Source: Candidatus Bathyarchaeia archaeon (GTDB lineage: Archaea > Thermoproteota > Bathyarchaeia > 40CM-2-53-6). From it: a stretch of 64,000 nucleotides of DNA. Positions within the stretch are counted from its first letter, which is position 1. Every line of letters starts with the position of its first letter. The stretch is from the NCBI GenBank assembly GCA_049517415.1, contig JBEKSC010000002.1, forward strand, positions 64,001 through 128,000, read 5' to 3'. The notes beneath the pieces were generated by a model. That model was not told where the DNA came from and ran no database searches. It was given only the letters and a program-made list of their open reading frames with translations. The translations under genes were made by a program, and so were the position numbers. Positions 1 to 10,795 of this stretch are shown here, piece by piece.

Positions 1-618
1 GGCTGTCCATGCGGCCTTGAACGCGTCATGAATAGACAGGCTGTAAGTATCCTCGGCCGAAACCATGGCAACGTTCATGAACCCTTTACTCTTAAGGGCG
101 GCCACGAGCGCGGCGCCTTCAGCTTCAGCCGCGGGAACGACACGATATTCATAATCGCCGGGTGGAGCCACGGATTCTCTGGCAGCAGTTGAAGTCCCGT
201 CGATCACGATTATCTTATTGGTGTCGGCGTACGAGTCGATCGATTTCATAGCCCCGCTGGTCAATCCTCCTATGACGACTTGGCAACCTTGAGCATACAG
301 GTCTTGTATTCGTTGAAGGGCAACGTCGGGCTTTGTCTCGAAGTCTTCATAGAAGAACTTGAAGGTTGTCGGAATGCCCAAAGAAGTAGTGTAGTTGTTG
401 ATCTCACTCTCGGCAATCTTGACCGTTGCTTGCGCCCTCACACCGTAGCTCGAAAAGTCCCCAGTTAGACTTAGCAGAACGCCGATTGGAATCACAGATG
501 GCAATGTGGATGTCATCGGCGGTGGGGTTGGATGTAACGCGTAGCCAAGTCCGCCGCCAATCACAAGCATTACTAGCATCAAAGCAATTACGGGTGGCGT
601 TAGAAATTTACTAGCCGT
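1..618 (-). CDS. ABC transporter substrate-binding protein, LivJ/branched-chain amino acid type (runs off the window edge; start uncertain)
   Basis: Manual translation, not in the ORF track: ASKFLTPPVIALMLVMLVIGGGLGY...IPIGVLLSLTGDFSSYG...FFYEDFETKPDVALQRIQDL...VVIGGLTSG. N-terminal TM anchor plus typical PBP1 motifs. First in-frame ATG is at 579; the ATG at 625 is out of frame. Confidence 0.8.
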
Positions 619-799
619 TTTTCATATCCTCCTCGAAAGGAAAATCGGCGGCGATTCGGCATTTAAGTGTTTGTGAAGTATATCTTCAGAATTTTCATAG
701 CTAGTAGATTTCAGAAGGAACTTCTCGTCGAATAGCTTGGCTGGAGATACTGATTCCTTCCCAAAAGGTACAGCCTCGTCTCGATTCCGGTACAGTCGA

Positions 800-1903
800 T
801 CATTGGATTATGACCAATGGCTTACCTAAAACGTCCGTCTTCGGCTGAATTCCGAGCCCCGGTTGGTTGCTCGCAGCCATGCGGCCGTTCACGCGTTGGG
901 GTGCACCGTCAGCGGTCGTCACGGTAACGTAGCTGTTAAAGTCGGTTGTAGTGAAGAGAAACTCCGGGGGCGTACTGTGAGCTAGATGCGCGATTGCCGC
1001 GGTCGTAATGTCGCCTCCCCAACTATCTTCAATAGTCATAGCTATGCCCAGCGAGACGCAGAGATCACGCGCTTGACGCGTCTTCGTAAGGCCACCGAAT
1101 TTGCTAATTTTGAGATTCACCACGTCCATCGCCAAGTCAGCCTTGCCGCGCAATAACATGTCGACGCCATCGATCACTTCATCAAGTATAAACGGATGGT
1201 TCGTGTGGCGGCGAATGGAAAGACATTCTTCATAGGTCAAGCATGGTTGCTCGATGTAGACATCCGCATCTTGAACTAAGCGAATAACTCGCATGGCATC
1301 GTGCATCAACCATCCCGTGTTCGCGTCCGCCACAAGACGGTCACCCGGCTGAAGTTGCGCGGATACGGCGCGGATGCGCTTGATGTCTACGTCTGGGTCG
1401 CCACCAACCTTGAGTTGGAAGCGGCGATAACCTTCTTTGCGATATTGTGCCACTCGACTAGCCATCGTTTCAGGTGACTCTTGGGAAATGGCACGGTAGA
1501 GCCCAAAATCTTCCCCGTAGCGCCCGCCCAGTAAGGTGCAGACTGGTTGGCCCGTGACTTGGCCGAGGATATCCCAGCAGGCGATGTCGATGGCAGACTT
1601 CACGTAGGGATGCCCTTTGAGTGCAGCGTCCATTCGACGATTTAGGCGGGCAAGTTCGAGTGGGTTTTCGCCTAGTAGATGCGGACCCAGTTCGGCCACG
1701 CCAGCGCGGACGCCGGTCGCGTAAGCAGGCAGGTAGTACGGCCCAAGTGGGCACGTCTCACCGTACCCGATGACACCGATATCCGTCTCAACGCCGACAA
1801 TTGTACTATCGAACACCGAGACAGATTTGCCGCCAGACCACTTGTAGCTCCCCTCTTTCAAGGGAAGGTCAACTTTCCAAGCGGATATTTTCTTAATCTT
1901 CAT
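800..1903 (-). CDS. Enolase-superfamily (MR/MLE) enzyme, cis-3-hydroxy-L-proline dehydratase-like
   Basis: [37 protein letters not shown]; closely resembles the recalled Labrenzia cis-3-Hyp dehydratase. Confidence 0.8.
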   Translation of the reverse strand: MKIKKISAWKVDLPLKEGSYKWSGGKSVSVFDSTIVGVETDIGVIGYGETCPLGPYYLPAYATGVRAGVAELGPHLLGENPLELARLNRRMDAALKGHPYVKSAIDIACWDILGQVTGQPVCTLLGGRYGEDFGLYRAISQESPETMASRVAQYRKEGYRRFQLKVGGDPDVDIKRIRAVSAQLQPGDRLVADANTGWLMHDAMRVIRLVQDADVYIEQPCLTYEECLSIRRHTNHPFILDEVIDGVDMLLRGKADLAMDVVNLKISKFGGLTKTRQARDLCVSLGIAMTIEDSWGGDITTAAIAHLAHSTPPEFLFTTTDFNSYVTVTTADGAPQRVNGRMAASNQPGLGIQPKTDVLGKPLVIIQ

Positions 1904-2051
1904 ACCGCGACCTCATGAGCTCGCACATTAAACCCTAGTTCTTCCGGTTGCATTCTGGCAGGGTCAATTAGGTCAACGTCCTAAGGGTGATTTGACGGCT
2001 GATAGAATACGGAAAGCCATTAATGGAGATTGGCGTGCGGCGAGCATCAAG

Positions 2052-2495
2052 TCACCATTTCTTGATTTCTTCAGGTTCGAGTAGAATGTTCTTCTGAGAT
2101 TCGATTTTCTTCAACTGGTCGTATGCTCTCTCGAACAATTCCTCATTCAGGTTTCCAACAGTAAACCGCATAGCGTTTTCCAAGAATTTCTGGATTTCAA
2201 ATGGGCTCTTCAATTCATGTGTCATCCCTACCTCTATGTCCCCTGCCTTCACAACTCCAACGGTAACATTCCTGGCTTGAAATTTCACTCCTAGCCTTTT
2301 CCTTCTTCCCCAAATCGCCCATGCCACAACCGAATCATTATGCGTTCTTGCGTACGAAGCTAGAAGCCTCAAACAACTCAAGTAATCTTCTTGGATGGAT
2401 ACTCTTTGGGAATCAATGTTGAATTGAGTATTGTTGTCAGTGGTGTTCTTAGCCATCCAGTATAGTTCCACAGTTCGCTTGTATGCTTCCGACAT
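2052..2495 (-). CDS. hypothetical protein
   Basis: 147-aa ORF with ATG start and plausible composition; no motif recognised. Confidence 0.55.
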   Translation of the reverse strand: MSEAYKRTVELYWMAKNTTDNNTQFNIDSQRVSIQEDYLSCLRLLASYARTHNDSVVAWAIWGRRKRLGVKFQARNVTVGVVKAGDIEVGMTHELKSPFEIQKFLENAMRFTVGNLNEELFERAYDQLKKIESQKNILLEPEEIKKW

Positions 2496-2658
2496 TGACT
2501 GGGAATTCTCCTCAGGCCTAAGTTAGGTAAGCCACATCCACTCGGCCGCAAGTGACAAAAATAAACAATTCTAAGGACAAGTGCAGGGCTTTGGTTCAGG
2601 TAGTTTGTCCTAGCCAACGATAAAAGGTTCCGAATACTACGAATAGCGTGACCACCCA

Positions 2659-3330
2659 ATGCACCAGGCTAAAGCAATACTTTCTTGGTCTTCCGGTAAG
2701 GACGGCGCAATGGCGTTATACCGAATTCTCGCCTCGAAACAGTTCGAAGTAGTCTGCCTGCTGACCACGCTGAGCCAACCATTTCGCCGGGTTTCCATGC
2801 ATGGAGTCAGGGAGGAACTTCTTGACCGGCAGGCGGAATCCCTAGGAATAGCCTTGGAGAAGGTGCTGATCCCCTACCCGTGTCCGAATGAAGTGTACGA
2901 AGAAAAAATGCGAAACATTCTATCTCTGTGGAAGGAGAGAGGCGTCACACATGTCATATTCGGCGACTTGTTCCTTGAAGACATTCGCAGATATCGGGAG
3001 GCGAACCTGTCGCAACTCGACCTGACACCAGTCTTTCCTGTCTGGGGAACGGACACGGCAAGTCTTGCGCGTGAAATGTTGGAGGTTGGTTTCCGAGCGA
3101 TCCTAACTTGCGTTGACCCTCGGAAGCTCGATGAGAAATTTGCTGGCCGCCAATTCAACAATTCCCTACTGGAAGATCTGCCACCGACGGTCGACCCTTG
3201 TGGCGAGAACGGTGAATTCCACACATTCGTTTATGATGGACCAAACTTCCGGGAATCGATCCCCGTAGAAGTCGGTCAATCGGTTTTGCGAGATGGGTTC
3301 CAGTTTGCGGATGTACTGTTGAAGCGCTAA
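2659..3330 (+). CDS. Dph6-related PP-loop ATP pyrophosphatase (diphthine-ammonia ligase family)
   Basis: SWSSGKD PP-loop, FGDLFL, DPCGENGEFHTFVYDGP. Confidence 0.88.
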   Translation: MHQAKAILSWSSGKDGAMALYRILASKQFEVVCLLTTLSQPFRRVSMHGVREELLDRQAESLGIALEKVLIPYPCPNEVYEEKMRNILSLWKERGVTHVIFGDLFLEDIRRYREANLSQLDLTPVFPVWGTDTASLAREMLEVGFRAILTCVDPRKLDEKFAGRQFNNSLLEDLPPTVDPCGENGEFHTFVYDGPNFRESIPVEVGQSVLRDGFQFADVLLKR

Positions 3331-3698
3331 CTTGGTTTTGCACCTAGCCGTCTACGCAAGTAGTAGACAGGAATTAGAATTACGAGGACCAATTGGAGCG
3401 CCGACCCAGCTAGAAATGTCAAGGATGCAAGTGAGAAACCCGCCATCACGAATGATTGGTGCTCTGGTTGGGGAACGGAGACCGCAAGCGTGAGAATTGA
3501 GAGAACGAACGCGAGCGGATACGCTGTCCTACGTCCAGTGGCGGCAAGGGCGGCCACAAGCACGTAGGCTAACCATCCTCCCAATACCGAGATGAAAAGC
3601 CAAGTCGGTACGAGGCCGTATAGTTGGGGAAGGAGAAGAACACCTAGGGCGACTGAGAGATAGATCATTAGGTTGATCGAACTCGTAATGGAGGGCAT
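3327..3698 (-). CDS. integral membrane protein
   Basis: four hydrophobic segments. Confidence 0.7.
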   Translation of the reverse strand: MPSITSSINLMIYLSVALGVLLLPQLYGLVPTWLFISVLGGWLAYVLVAALAATGRRTAYPLAFVLSILTLAVSVPQPEHQSFVMAGFSLASLTFLAGSALQLVLVILIPVYYLRRRLGAKPS

Positions 3699-3789
3699 GG
3701 CAGACCGCCGTTTCTGCGATGAAGTTGGACAGATGATCGTTCCATATGAAGTTGAAGAAAGATAGAGGGGAAGGAAGGCGGGAATGCTT

Positions 3790-3912
3790 CTAATGCTTCA
3801 GTTCATCGATTCTCTCAGTTACGCCCTTCAGCTCACTCTCGAGGTTGCTCTTGTATTCCTGAAGCCATTCTAGCTTCTCTTCCTTCGTAAAGAACCTGCG
3901 TTCACCACACAT
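3790..3912 (-). CDS. small coiled-coil protein (DUF5320-like, 40 aa)
   Basis: MCGERRFFTKEEKLEWLQEYKSNLESELKGVTERIDELKH; strong SD AAGGAGGTG upstream and a pyrimidine-rich tract downstream; below the ORF-track cutoff. Confidence 0.75.
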   Translation of the reverse strand: MCGERRFFTKEEKLEWLQEYKSNLESELKGVTERIDELKH

Positions 3913-4060
3913 TACTTTTGCACCTCCTTGATACTTCAACACTCAAGACTGTGCAAGGCAGATTTAGCGACTAAGCTCAGCCGTTGTCGGTCATACGATG
4001 TCGACCGTTCGGAACGCGCATTTCAACGCGTGCTTGAAATCGATAATCGCCGAGACATGG

Positions 4061-4573
4061 CTATCGTGCGATTATGCGGAATTCATTCAGAACATCTCCG
4101 TGCCCACGCGTGAAATCCTCGCTACTCAATTCCTTGGGGTTTACGAATCTTAGGTCGGAGAACCAGTCTGGCCGCACGACCTTATCCTTCAATGTCCCCT
4201 CGTATACGAAACAAATGTCCCAATGGGCGGCCTCAGGGTCATTCGGATCTTGAGAAAGATGGGACTGCACCTCCCGAAAGGTCAGCTTACCGCGACCAAT
4301 CCCAAGTTGCTGCGTAAGAACTCGCATGGCGGCGTCATCAGGCTTTTCGCCGTACTCCAAATGGGACGCAGGAAGAAGCCACTTGTTAGAGGAGGCGTAT
4401 TTTGGCGCGAACATTTCGCCGACATAGAACCTTTCGACCCACACCTCAGGTTTAGCCATCTTCCCTACAAGGATACCACCCTTTCCCTTCAGAACGAGGA
4501 AGACAGAAATGCATGTACCACCCTTCGGCACATGCCCTTCCATGAACAACGCTTTCTTGATCATTACCAACAA
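4061..4573 (-). CDS. NUDIX-fold hydrolase with a degenerate Nudix box
   Basis: WLLPASHLEYGEKPDDAAMRVLTQQLG (REUxEE replaced). Confidence 0.7.
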   Translation of the reverse strand: MLVMIKKALFMEGHVPKGGTCISVFLVLKGKGGILVGKMAKPEVWVERFYVGEMFAPKYASSNKWLLPASHLEYGEKPDDAAMRVLTQQLGIGRGKLTFREVQSHLSQDPNDPEAAHWDICFVYEGTLKDKVVRPDWFSDLRFVNPKELSSEDFTRGHGDVLNEFRIIAR

Positions 4574-4634
4574 CGCCTAATTTACGACCCGCTCACAATA
4601 TAAGAATTGAACGCAAACCTCCAAGACTGGACCC

Positions 4635-6329
4635 TTGACCTCCGCATTCTCGCAAGCCGTGCAAGCAGAACCTCACACCCCAGTTTACACTATGCACAAG
4701 TATTTCGCGCGAAGGCCTTGGAACGTCTTCAACGAGCTCATCTCGCACTATTCCACGACGGGCGAAATTGTTCTGGACCCATTTTGTGGCGGCGGAGTCA
4801 CGGTCGTTGAGTCACTCAAACTAGGCAGGAAAGCGGTCGGGGTTGACGCTAACCCGCTGGCCACTTACGTAACGGAAATGGAATGTAAACCCCTAAACGT
4901 GCCTTTTTTCCGTCAAGCGCTCCTCGAGCTGAGTCAAAAGGTCGAATTGAAAATATCACAGCTTTATCGAACCAGATGTGCTAGATGCGGGTCTGAAGCG
5001 GTTGCCGATTGGATTGAATGGGATGAAGCAACACGCCGAATGCTTCGGTTAAAATACAATTGCCAGAAATGCGGAACAAGCGGCAAGAGGACACCTAAAT
5101 CGTATGACCTCAAGCTTGCGAAACAAATCAGCGAAAACTTTACTCAAAACGTTGGACAGAAGAAACTGTGGTACCCTAAGACTCGAATTCCTAGCGGTGA
5201 CAAAACTAACTCTCTCCTGAGCAAGAAGATCAATTTCTTCCACGAGCTCTTCACGAAAAGAAATCTGCTTGGGCTCTCCATTCTTCTAGCTGAGATTAAT
5301 CAGGTGGAGGACAGGGAGTGCAGGGATTTTCTGAGGTTTGCGTTCAGTAGTTCATTGAAGTGGGCAAGCAAACAATCCCACCTTAGAGGTGAAATAGTTG
5401 AGGGTTGGGCCATGCACGCTTACTGGGTATATCCGAAAAGCCTCGAAATCAACGTCTGGAACACTTTCCGAAGACGAGCACAAGCCATCTTTCGTGGGAA
5501 GAAGTATAGCAATGAACAAATAGGAAAATCATTCACACCTGCAAGAAACTTCAACGAATTGGTCACCGGAAACGCTTCATGCCTCATCCTCAACCAGAAT
5601 TCCACCAAACTTCCATTCCCTGAGAACTCTATCGATACTGTCATTACAGACCCACCCTACGGCGGTAACGTGAACTATGCTGAACTCTCGGATTACTGGC
5701 ACATCTGGCTGAGCGAAGGAAAAATCATTGACAAGAGCAGCGAGGTAATAATCAACAAAACTCAGGAGAAGGGAGTTGAAGAGTATGAATCACTTCTTTC
5801 CGCCGTGTTGAAAGAGTGCTACAGGGTTCTCAAACCAGGCCGTTGCCTCGTATCCACTTTCAACAGTAGAGACATACGAGTTGTTGCAAGCTTCATAACC
5901 GGGGCCGCGAAGGCTGGTTTCACGCTTCACGCTGACGGGCTACTTTACCAGGAGCCCATCCGATCTTACACGACAACTTTTCACGCCATGCAAATCGGCG
6001 CCTTCGTCGGAGATTTCATTTTCACCTTCGTCAAAGAAAGTACCGGTCACGTTGCTGATCCAGGGCAGAGTTTTCTTGATTTGAAAGAAACTTTGGCCGC
6101 ATCGGTTGAAGGTGCGGTGGCTGGTGAAATAACTGAGCCGCAGCTAAGGGAACAAGCATACAGGTCGCTGATCCCATTTCTTGCTGCCAACGCCCGCGAT
6201 GATCCCGAGACGTGTAATGAAGCTATTGATTTCTTTGAGGCCAAAATGAAAGAACGTGAGAAATACTTTGGCCAACTCAGAAGGAGAATCGTTGCGAACA
6301 GAAAACAAAAGTTCAGTCGGCGAGAATAG
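4635..6329 (+). CDS. Amino (N6A/N4C) DNA methyltransferase with Zn-ribbon insert (COG1743-like), orphan
   Basis: MHKYFARRP, LDPFCGGG (motif I), CxxC...CxxC, TDPPY (motif IV), RVLKPG. Confidence 0.88.
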   Translation: MTSAFSQAVQAEPHTPVYTMHKYFARRPWNVFNELISHYSTTGEIVLDPFCGGGVTVVESLKLGRKAVGVDANPLATYVTEMECKPLNVPFFRQALLELSQKVELKISQLYRTRCARCGSEAVADWIEWDEATRRMLRLKYNCQKCGTSGKRTPKSYDLKLAKQISENFTQNVGQKKLWYPKTRIPSGDKTNSLLSKKINFFHELFTKRNLLGLSILLAEINQVEDRECRDFLRFAFSSSLKWASKQSHLRGEIVEGWAMHAYWVYPKSLEINVWNTFRRRAQAIFRGKKYSNEQIGKSFTPARNFNELVTGNASCLILNQNSTKLPFPENSIDTVITDPPYGGNVNYAELSDYWHIWLSEGKIIDKSSEVIINKTQEKGVEEYESLLSAVLKECYRVLKPGRCLVSTFNSRDIRVVASFITGAAKAGFTLHADGLLYQEPIRSYTTTFHAMQIGAFVGDFIFTFVKESTGHVADPGQSFLDLKETLAASVEGAVAGEITEPQLREQAYRSLIPFLAANARDDPETCNEAIDFFEAKMKEREKYFGQLRRRIVANRKQKFSRRE

Positions 6330-6339
6330 CTAAACATTG

Positions 6340-6813
6340 TTACGTGGGCGTTGCCATTGACTCGCCATTTTCCTGCCGCTCGGAATCTCCCCGTCCATAA
6401 TCCCAAGATAGCACGCGGTCGGGCTTCAACATCATAACTACACGGTCAGGCTGCTTAACGGCTTCAGCTAACCATTCTCTTGCATCCTCTTCTCCGTAAC
6501 GGAAGGAAATTTTCTTCAACCAGTCGTCGCGATTCTCCTTAACGATCTGAGCGTTGCCGAACGCGCATACAGCTACGTAGGGATGCGTGTCCGTTGCGAT
6601 ACTCAAAGCAACGGCGGGGTTACGCTTGATTTGTTGTCCCTTCAAGCGGCTGAGGCGTGTTGTGAAGTAGAATATTCCATTCTGATAGGCGTACCAGATA
6701 GGATTCACACGTGGCTTTCCTCTCTTTGAGGCAGTCGCTAGATGTGCCATTCGCGGTGCTTGCAAGAACCTTTCGACTTCAGCCTTGGATAATGGAAACT
6801 TTCTTCCCTCGAT
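6340..6813 (-). CDS. PPOX-class (pyridoxamine 5'-phosphate oxidase-like) flavin/F420-binding protein
   Basis: AHLATAS..G.PRVNPIWY, K..QIKRNPAVAL, PDRVLSWD; the frame stays open to 6813 and the first TTG is at 6765. Confidence 0.8.
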   Translation of the reverse strand: MEGRKFPLSKAEVERFLQAPRMAHLATASKRGKPRVNPIWYAYQNGIFYFTTRLSRLKGQQIKRNPAVALSIATDTHPYVAVCAFGNAQIVKENRDDWLKKISFRYGEEDAREWLAEAVKQPDRVVMMLKPDRVLSWDYGRGDSERQENGESMATPT

Positions 6814-7341
6814 CTAGTCCTGGAGTTTACCTCGCTCGAGGCGATTGTTGTAATTGTTTAGGTAGGCAAGCTCGCTAAGCGGTTTGCGGTTCTTCCGTTT
6901 TCCGGCGAGTTTCTTGGCTGGGTACCCGAACCCTACGACGACGCTAGGACTCAAGTCCTTTGGAATTCCAAAGTCTTTTCGTAGCGTTTCGAGGTTCAAC
7001 CCGGTGAACAGACAAGAGATAACGCCGAAGTTCCACGCAGCGATTTCCATATCCTGAGCCGCCCTGCCCGCGTCGAGGATGTGGAACCCAAATTTCGGAT
7101 TCGTTAGGACAATAATGGCGAAGTTGGCTTTAGCAACCCAAGCGCCCGTAGTGCTGTCTTCGGCCAGGCGTTTGAGGCGATCACGCCCCTGGACGAGGAT
7201 GAAGCGCCAATGTTGATTGTTGATGCCGCTTCCAGTGAGGCGGGCGGCTTCCAGCACTTTCAGCTTCACGTCGGCGGGAACGTCTCTAGGTTCGAATTCG
7301 CGCACTTCCAGTTTCGTGGCAACGCATTCATACGCATCCAT
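6814..7341 (-). CDS. nitroreductase family protein
   Basis: AARLTGSGINNQHWRF, DAGRAAQDMEIAAWNFGV, GFGYP, RKPLSE. Confidence 0.88.
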   Translation of the reverse strand: MDAYECVATKLEVREFEPRDVPADVKLKVLEAARLTGSGINNQHWRFILVQGRDRLKRLAEDSTTGAWVAKANFAIIVLTNPKFGFHILDAGRAAQDMEIAAWNFGVISCLFTGLNLETLRKDFGIPKDLSPSVVVGFGYPAKKLAGKRKNRKPLSELAYLNNYNNRLERGKLQD

Positions 7342-7393
7342 CTAACTCATCTCACCCCTAGTGGAATAAATCAAGAGATAAACTCAGAATGCG

Positions 7394-8680
7394 TTAGCCG
7401 GGTTGAAGGGCCTTTAAACCTGCAAAGTGGGCTCTGCTGCCAAGCTCTCTCTCGATGCTAAGGAGCCTGTTGTATTTGTTTACTCGTTCACCTCGGCAAG
7501 GGGCTCCCGTCTTGATTTGCCCCGCGTTCAAGGCCACGGCGAGGTCTGAGATCGTTGTATCCCACGTTTCCCCTGACCTGTGGCTTACCACAACCCTGTA
7601 ATGATTAGCAAACGCCAACTTCGAGGCATCCAAGGCCTCGGTCAATGTGCCAATCTGGTTGACCTTCAGCAAGAGCGCATTCGCGGCACCTGCATCGATT
7701 CCCTTTTGCAACCGCGAAACGTTAGTGACGAAAATGTCATCGCCCACGATCTGAACCCTACTGCCCACCTTATGTGTGAACTGCGCAGTATGGTCGAAAT
7801 CTTCCTGCTCGAAGGGGTCCTCGATGTAGCGAATTGGGAAACGACCTATCAGCTCTTCATAGAAATCTCCTAGCTGTTCCGGGGACAGGCCCTTTCCATC
7901 GATTTGGTATGTTCCGTTTTGGCAGAATTCGGAGGAGGCGGCGTCAAACCCTAAGAAAACATCTTTTCCAGCGGCGTAGCCGGCTTCGGAGATGGCTTGC
8001 GATAGGATCTCTAGCGCCTCGAGGGTTCTGTTCAGTGGCGGCGCGAATCCGCCTTCGTCGCCAACGTTGATTGCTAGTTTTCCATGTTTGGACTCGATGA
8101 CGTGTTTGAGTGTGTGGTAGATTTCTGCGCCAAAGCGTAGGGCTTCTGTGAAACTCTTAGCCCCCGCCGGTAGAACCATGAACTCTTGGATTTTCAGTTC
8201 CGTCCCCGCATGTTTGCCACCATTGATTACATTCATGGCCGGTACGGGTAGGGTTCTTCCCTTTCCATCACTGAGATAACTGTAGAGTGATTTTCCCTCA
8301 AGCCGAGAGGCCAGCTTCGCCACAGCCAACGAGACGGCTAAGAGGGCATTCGCGCCCAGCCTAGACTTGTTCGGAGTTCCGTCAAGGTCTATCATTACAT
8401 GGTCAACGTTCGATTGTTGCCGCGGGTCGAGGCCTTTGAGTTTCGGGGCAATCACTTCCTCAATATTCCTTACCGCTTTGAGCACGCCCAACCCTGAGTA
8501 ACGCTTCTGATCCCCGTCCCGGAGCTCTAGGGCCTCGTGCGTTCCCGTCGAAGCACCCGAGGGCACTGCAGCCCTCTCGCAAATGTCATCAGAATAAGCG
8601 GCTGCCTCAACGGTTGGGTTCCCCCTTGAATCTAGGATTTCCCGGCTGCTAACCTTCGTTATTTTGAATTTGCTGGGCAA
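7394..8680 (-). CDS. eno: enolase (phosphopyruvate hydratase)
   Basis: REILDSRGNPTVE, VPSGASTG, GDEGGFAP, SHRSGET, GQIKTG. Confidence 0.97.
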   Translation of the reverse strand: MPSKFKITKVSSREILDSRGNPTVEAAAYSDDICERAAVPSGASTGTHEALELRDGDQKRYSGLGVLKAVRNIEEVIAPKLKGLDPRQQSNVDHVMIDLDGTPNKSRLGANALLAVSLAVAKLASRLEGKSLYSYLSDGKGRTLPVPAMNVINGGKHAGTELKIQEFMVLPAGAKSFTEALRFGAEIYHTLKHVIESKHGKLAINVGDEGGFAPPLNRTLEALEILSQAISEAGYAAGKDVFLGFDAASSEFCQNGTYQIDGKGLSPEQLGDFYEELIGRFPIRYIEDPFEQEDFDHTAQFTHKVGSRVQIVGDDIFVTNVSRLQKGIDAGAANALLLKVNQIGTLTEALDASKLAFANHYRVVVSHRSGETWDTTISDLAVALNAGQIKTGAPCRGERVNKYNRLLSIERELGSRAHFAGLKALQPG

Positions 8681-8760
8681 TTGGCAACATCAAGGCATGG
8701 AAAAACCTGCGCGACATAACAATCTTTGCGAAGCAATAATACGCACAGATGCAATACCCA

Positions 8761-10715
8761 TGAGTGATTGTGAAGAGGTGTACCCGCAGGAGTTGCGCCC
8801 GATAATTTGCGTGTCTTTGTCTGTGCTCTTGCTCTTGGTGGCAGTTCCATTATCAGCTGCCCGGACTAACCCGTCGGCTTCGACGGCAGACAACTTGAAC
8901 GGCGTTGCTATTTTGGCGTCGAATAACGGTTGGGCTGTTGGGAACGAGGGAACAACTGAATATTTCGATGGTTCGTCTTGGACCCTGGTCGCTTCGGGTA
9001 CCACCTCAGACCTTCTCGGGGTCTCCTTTGGGCCGCCGGGTTCTCCCAATGCGGATTCAGGTTTCGCGGTAGGTGGAAGCGGCGGGGCCGCTGTGGCACT
9101 TTTCCGGAGCCCAGTTTCATGGCAATTAGCAATGGCTGGACTCTCAGGGCCGGGCGCGCAGAAACTTGGGTCGGTCTTCTCGACCAGTTCCACTGACGCG
9201 TGGGCGGTTGATTCTGTTTCAGGTGCCTTCTGGCATTGGTCTGGTACGGTGGGGTTGGGGGGTGGATGGAACGAGGTTTCCTCAGCTTCGGCCGGTCTTA
9301 ATTCCATCTTCATGGTCAGCTCATCAGAAGGGTGGTCGGTGGGCGTTGGTGGAATCATATACCACTATACAGGTGGGGGATGGACGTCATCCTCCACTGT
9401 CGGAACAACGCTCAACTCCGTCTTCATGGTTAACCAAAACGAAGGATGGGCCGTTGGCAATAGCGGAACAATTTTCCACTACTCGTCGGGAACATGGTCA
9501 GGCCCCGTCTCACCCTCGCCCACGAACCAGAACCTCAAAGCAGTTTTCATGGTGAGTCAAACTGAGGGCTGGGCAGTGGGCGCTTCCGGAACTGTGCTGC
9601 ATTACTTAAACGGAGCTTGGTCGCTGGCCTCGAACCAGTTTGGGACAAACCAAAATTTGAATGCAGTCTCCTTCTTCGGGGCAAATGGTTGGGCAGTAGG
9701 TGACTTTGGAACGATCGTGCCGTTGGGCGCTCAAATTCCTCCCCAAGGTATTCCTGGGGCGACTTTTCAGTCCGTCTACCTTTCGAACGGTGGCGACGGG
9801 TGGATAGTCGGGTGCTCTACTGGAGGTTGTGGAACCGGCGCTGGCGACCTCACGCTGCTCCATTGGAATGGCAACTCATACACTCGAGGCAGCGCGTCCG
9901 CGAGCACGACGGATCTTTACTCAGTCTCCATGGTGAGCCCCTCCGAGGGGTGGGCTGTTGGCGGTTTGGGCAGCAGTCCAGCCATACTACAGTACAATGG
10001 CGGAACATGGGTGCAAACCGCCGCGCCACCCGTCAACGGGGTCTTACACTCAGTGTTCATGGTTGATGGGAGCGACGGTTGGGCGGTGGGAGATAACGGC
10101 GCAATCCTTCAGTACTCTGGAGCTTGGGGATCAGTCTCCACTCCCACAACGAACACGTTACGGAGTATCTTCATGGTCGGCGCTGGTGATGGGTGGGCTG
10201 TGGGTGATGGGGGAACGATAGTCCGATACCAGGGCCAATGGGTAACTTACGCCAGCCCAACAAGCGCGTCTTTGAATTCGGTCTATTTCCTGGACGCCAC
10301 TCACGGATGGGCGGTTGGAGCCGGGGGCACGATCCTGTACTACAATGGTTTACTGTGGAGCCCCGTTGCCGCGGGAGTTTCAGCAAACCTAGACTCCGTA
10401 GTACAGGTGAACCCGCAGGAAGCTTGGGCCGTGGGTGACTCTGCGATAATCCTGCATTGGAATGGAATAAGCTGGTACCAGGTTTCGCCTTCCCCGCCAA
10501 TCTCCGGCAACCCCAACTTGAATTCCATCTTCATCTCGTCGAATGGTTTCGGTTTAATCGTGGGCGCACCTCAGGCGCCAGGCAGCCAAGGAACCATACT
10601 ACGGCTCTCAGCGCTGAGCCCAGTACCAGAACTACCTAACGCACAACTCATATTTGCAGCGATAATCGGAACGGCGCTGCTCATTAGCCCAATCAGGCGC
10701 CGAAGACTCAAATGA
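8761..10715 (+). CDS. secreted/surface protein with 14 GWAVG repeats (YCF48/BNR-like double beta-propeller) and a PEF-CTERM-like anchor
   Basis: signal peptide (LSVLLLLVAVPLSA), 14 repeats of L(N)SVFMV...GWAVG..GTI.HY.G..W, C-terminal PVPELP-TM-RRRR; start approximate. Confidence 0.8.
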
Positions 10716-10795
10716 AACCTGCCACATAGCCGATAATCCGTGAGCAATTTTTTCCTTAAGGAACCGCCCAACTGGAATAGGCTGCGGATTAGTCG

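Noticed and set aside
4635..6329. DrmMI of the DISARM locus
   Set aside because: It is outside the element and 43 kb away, with no linkage evidence.
8690..10771. Antisense and alternate-frame ORFs over the repeat protein and other long genes
   Set aside because: These are shadow ORFs of well-supported genes.
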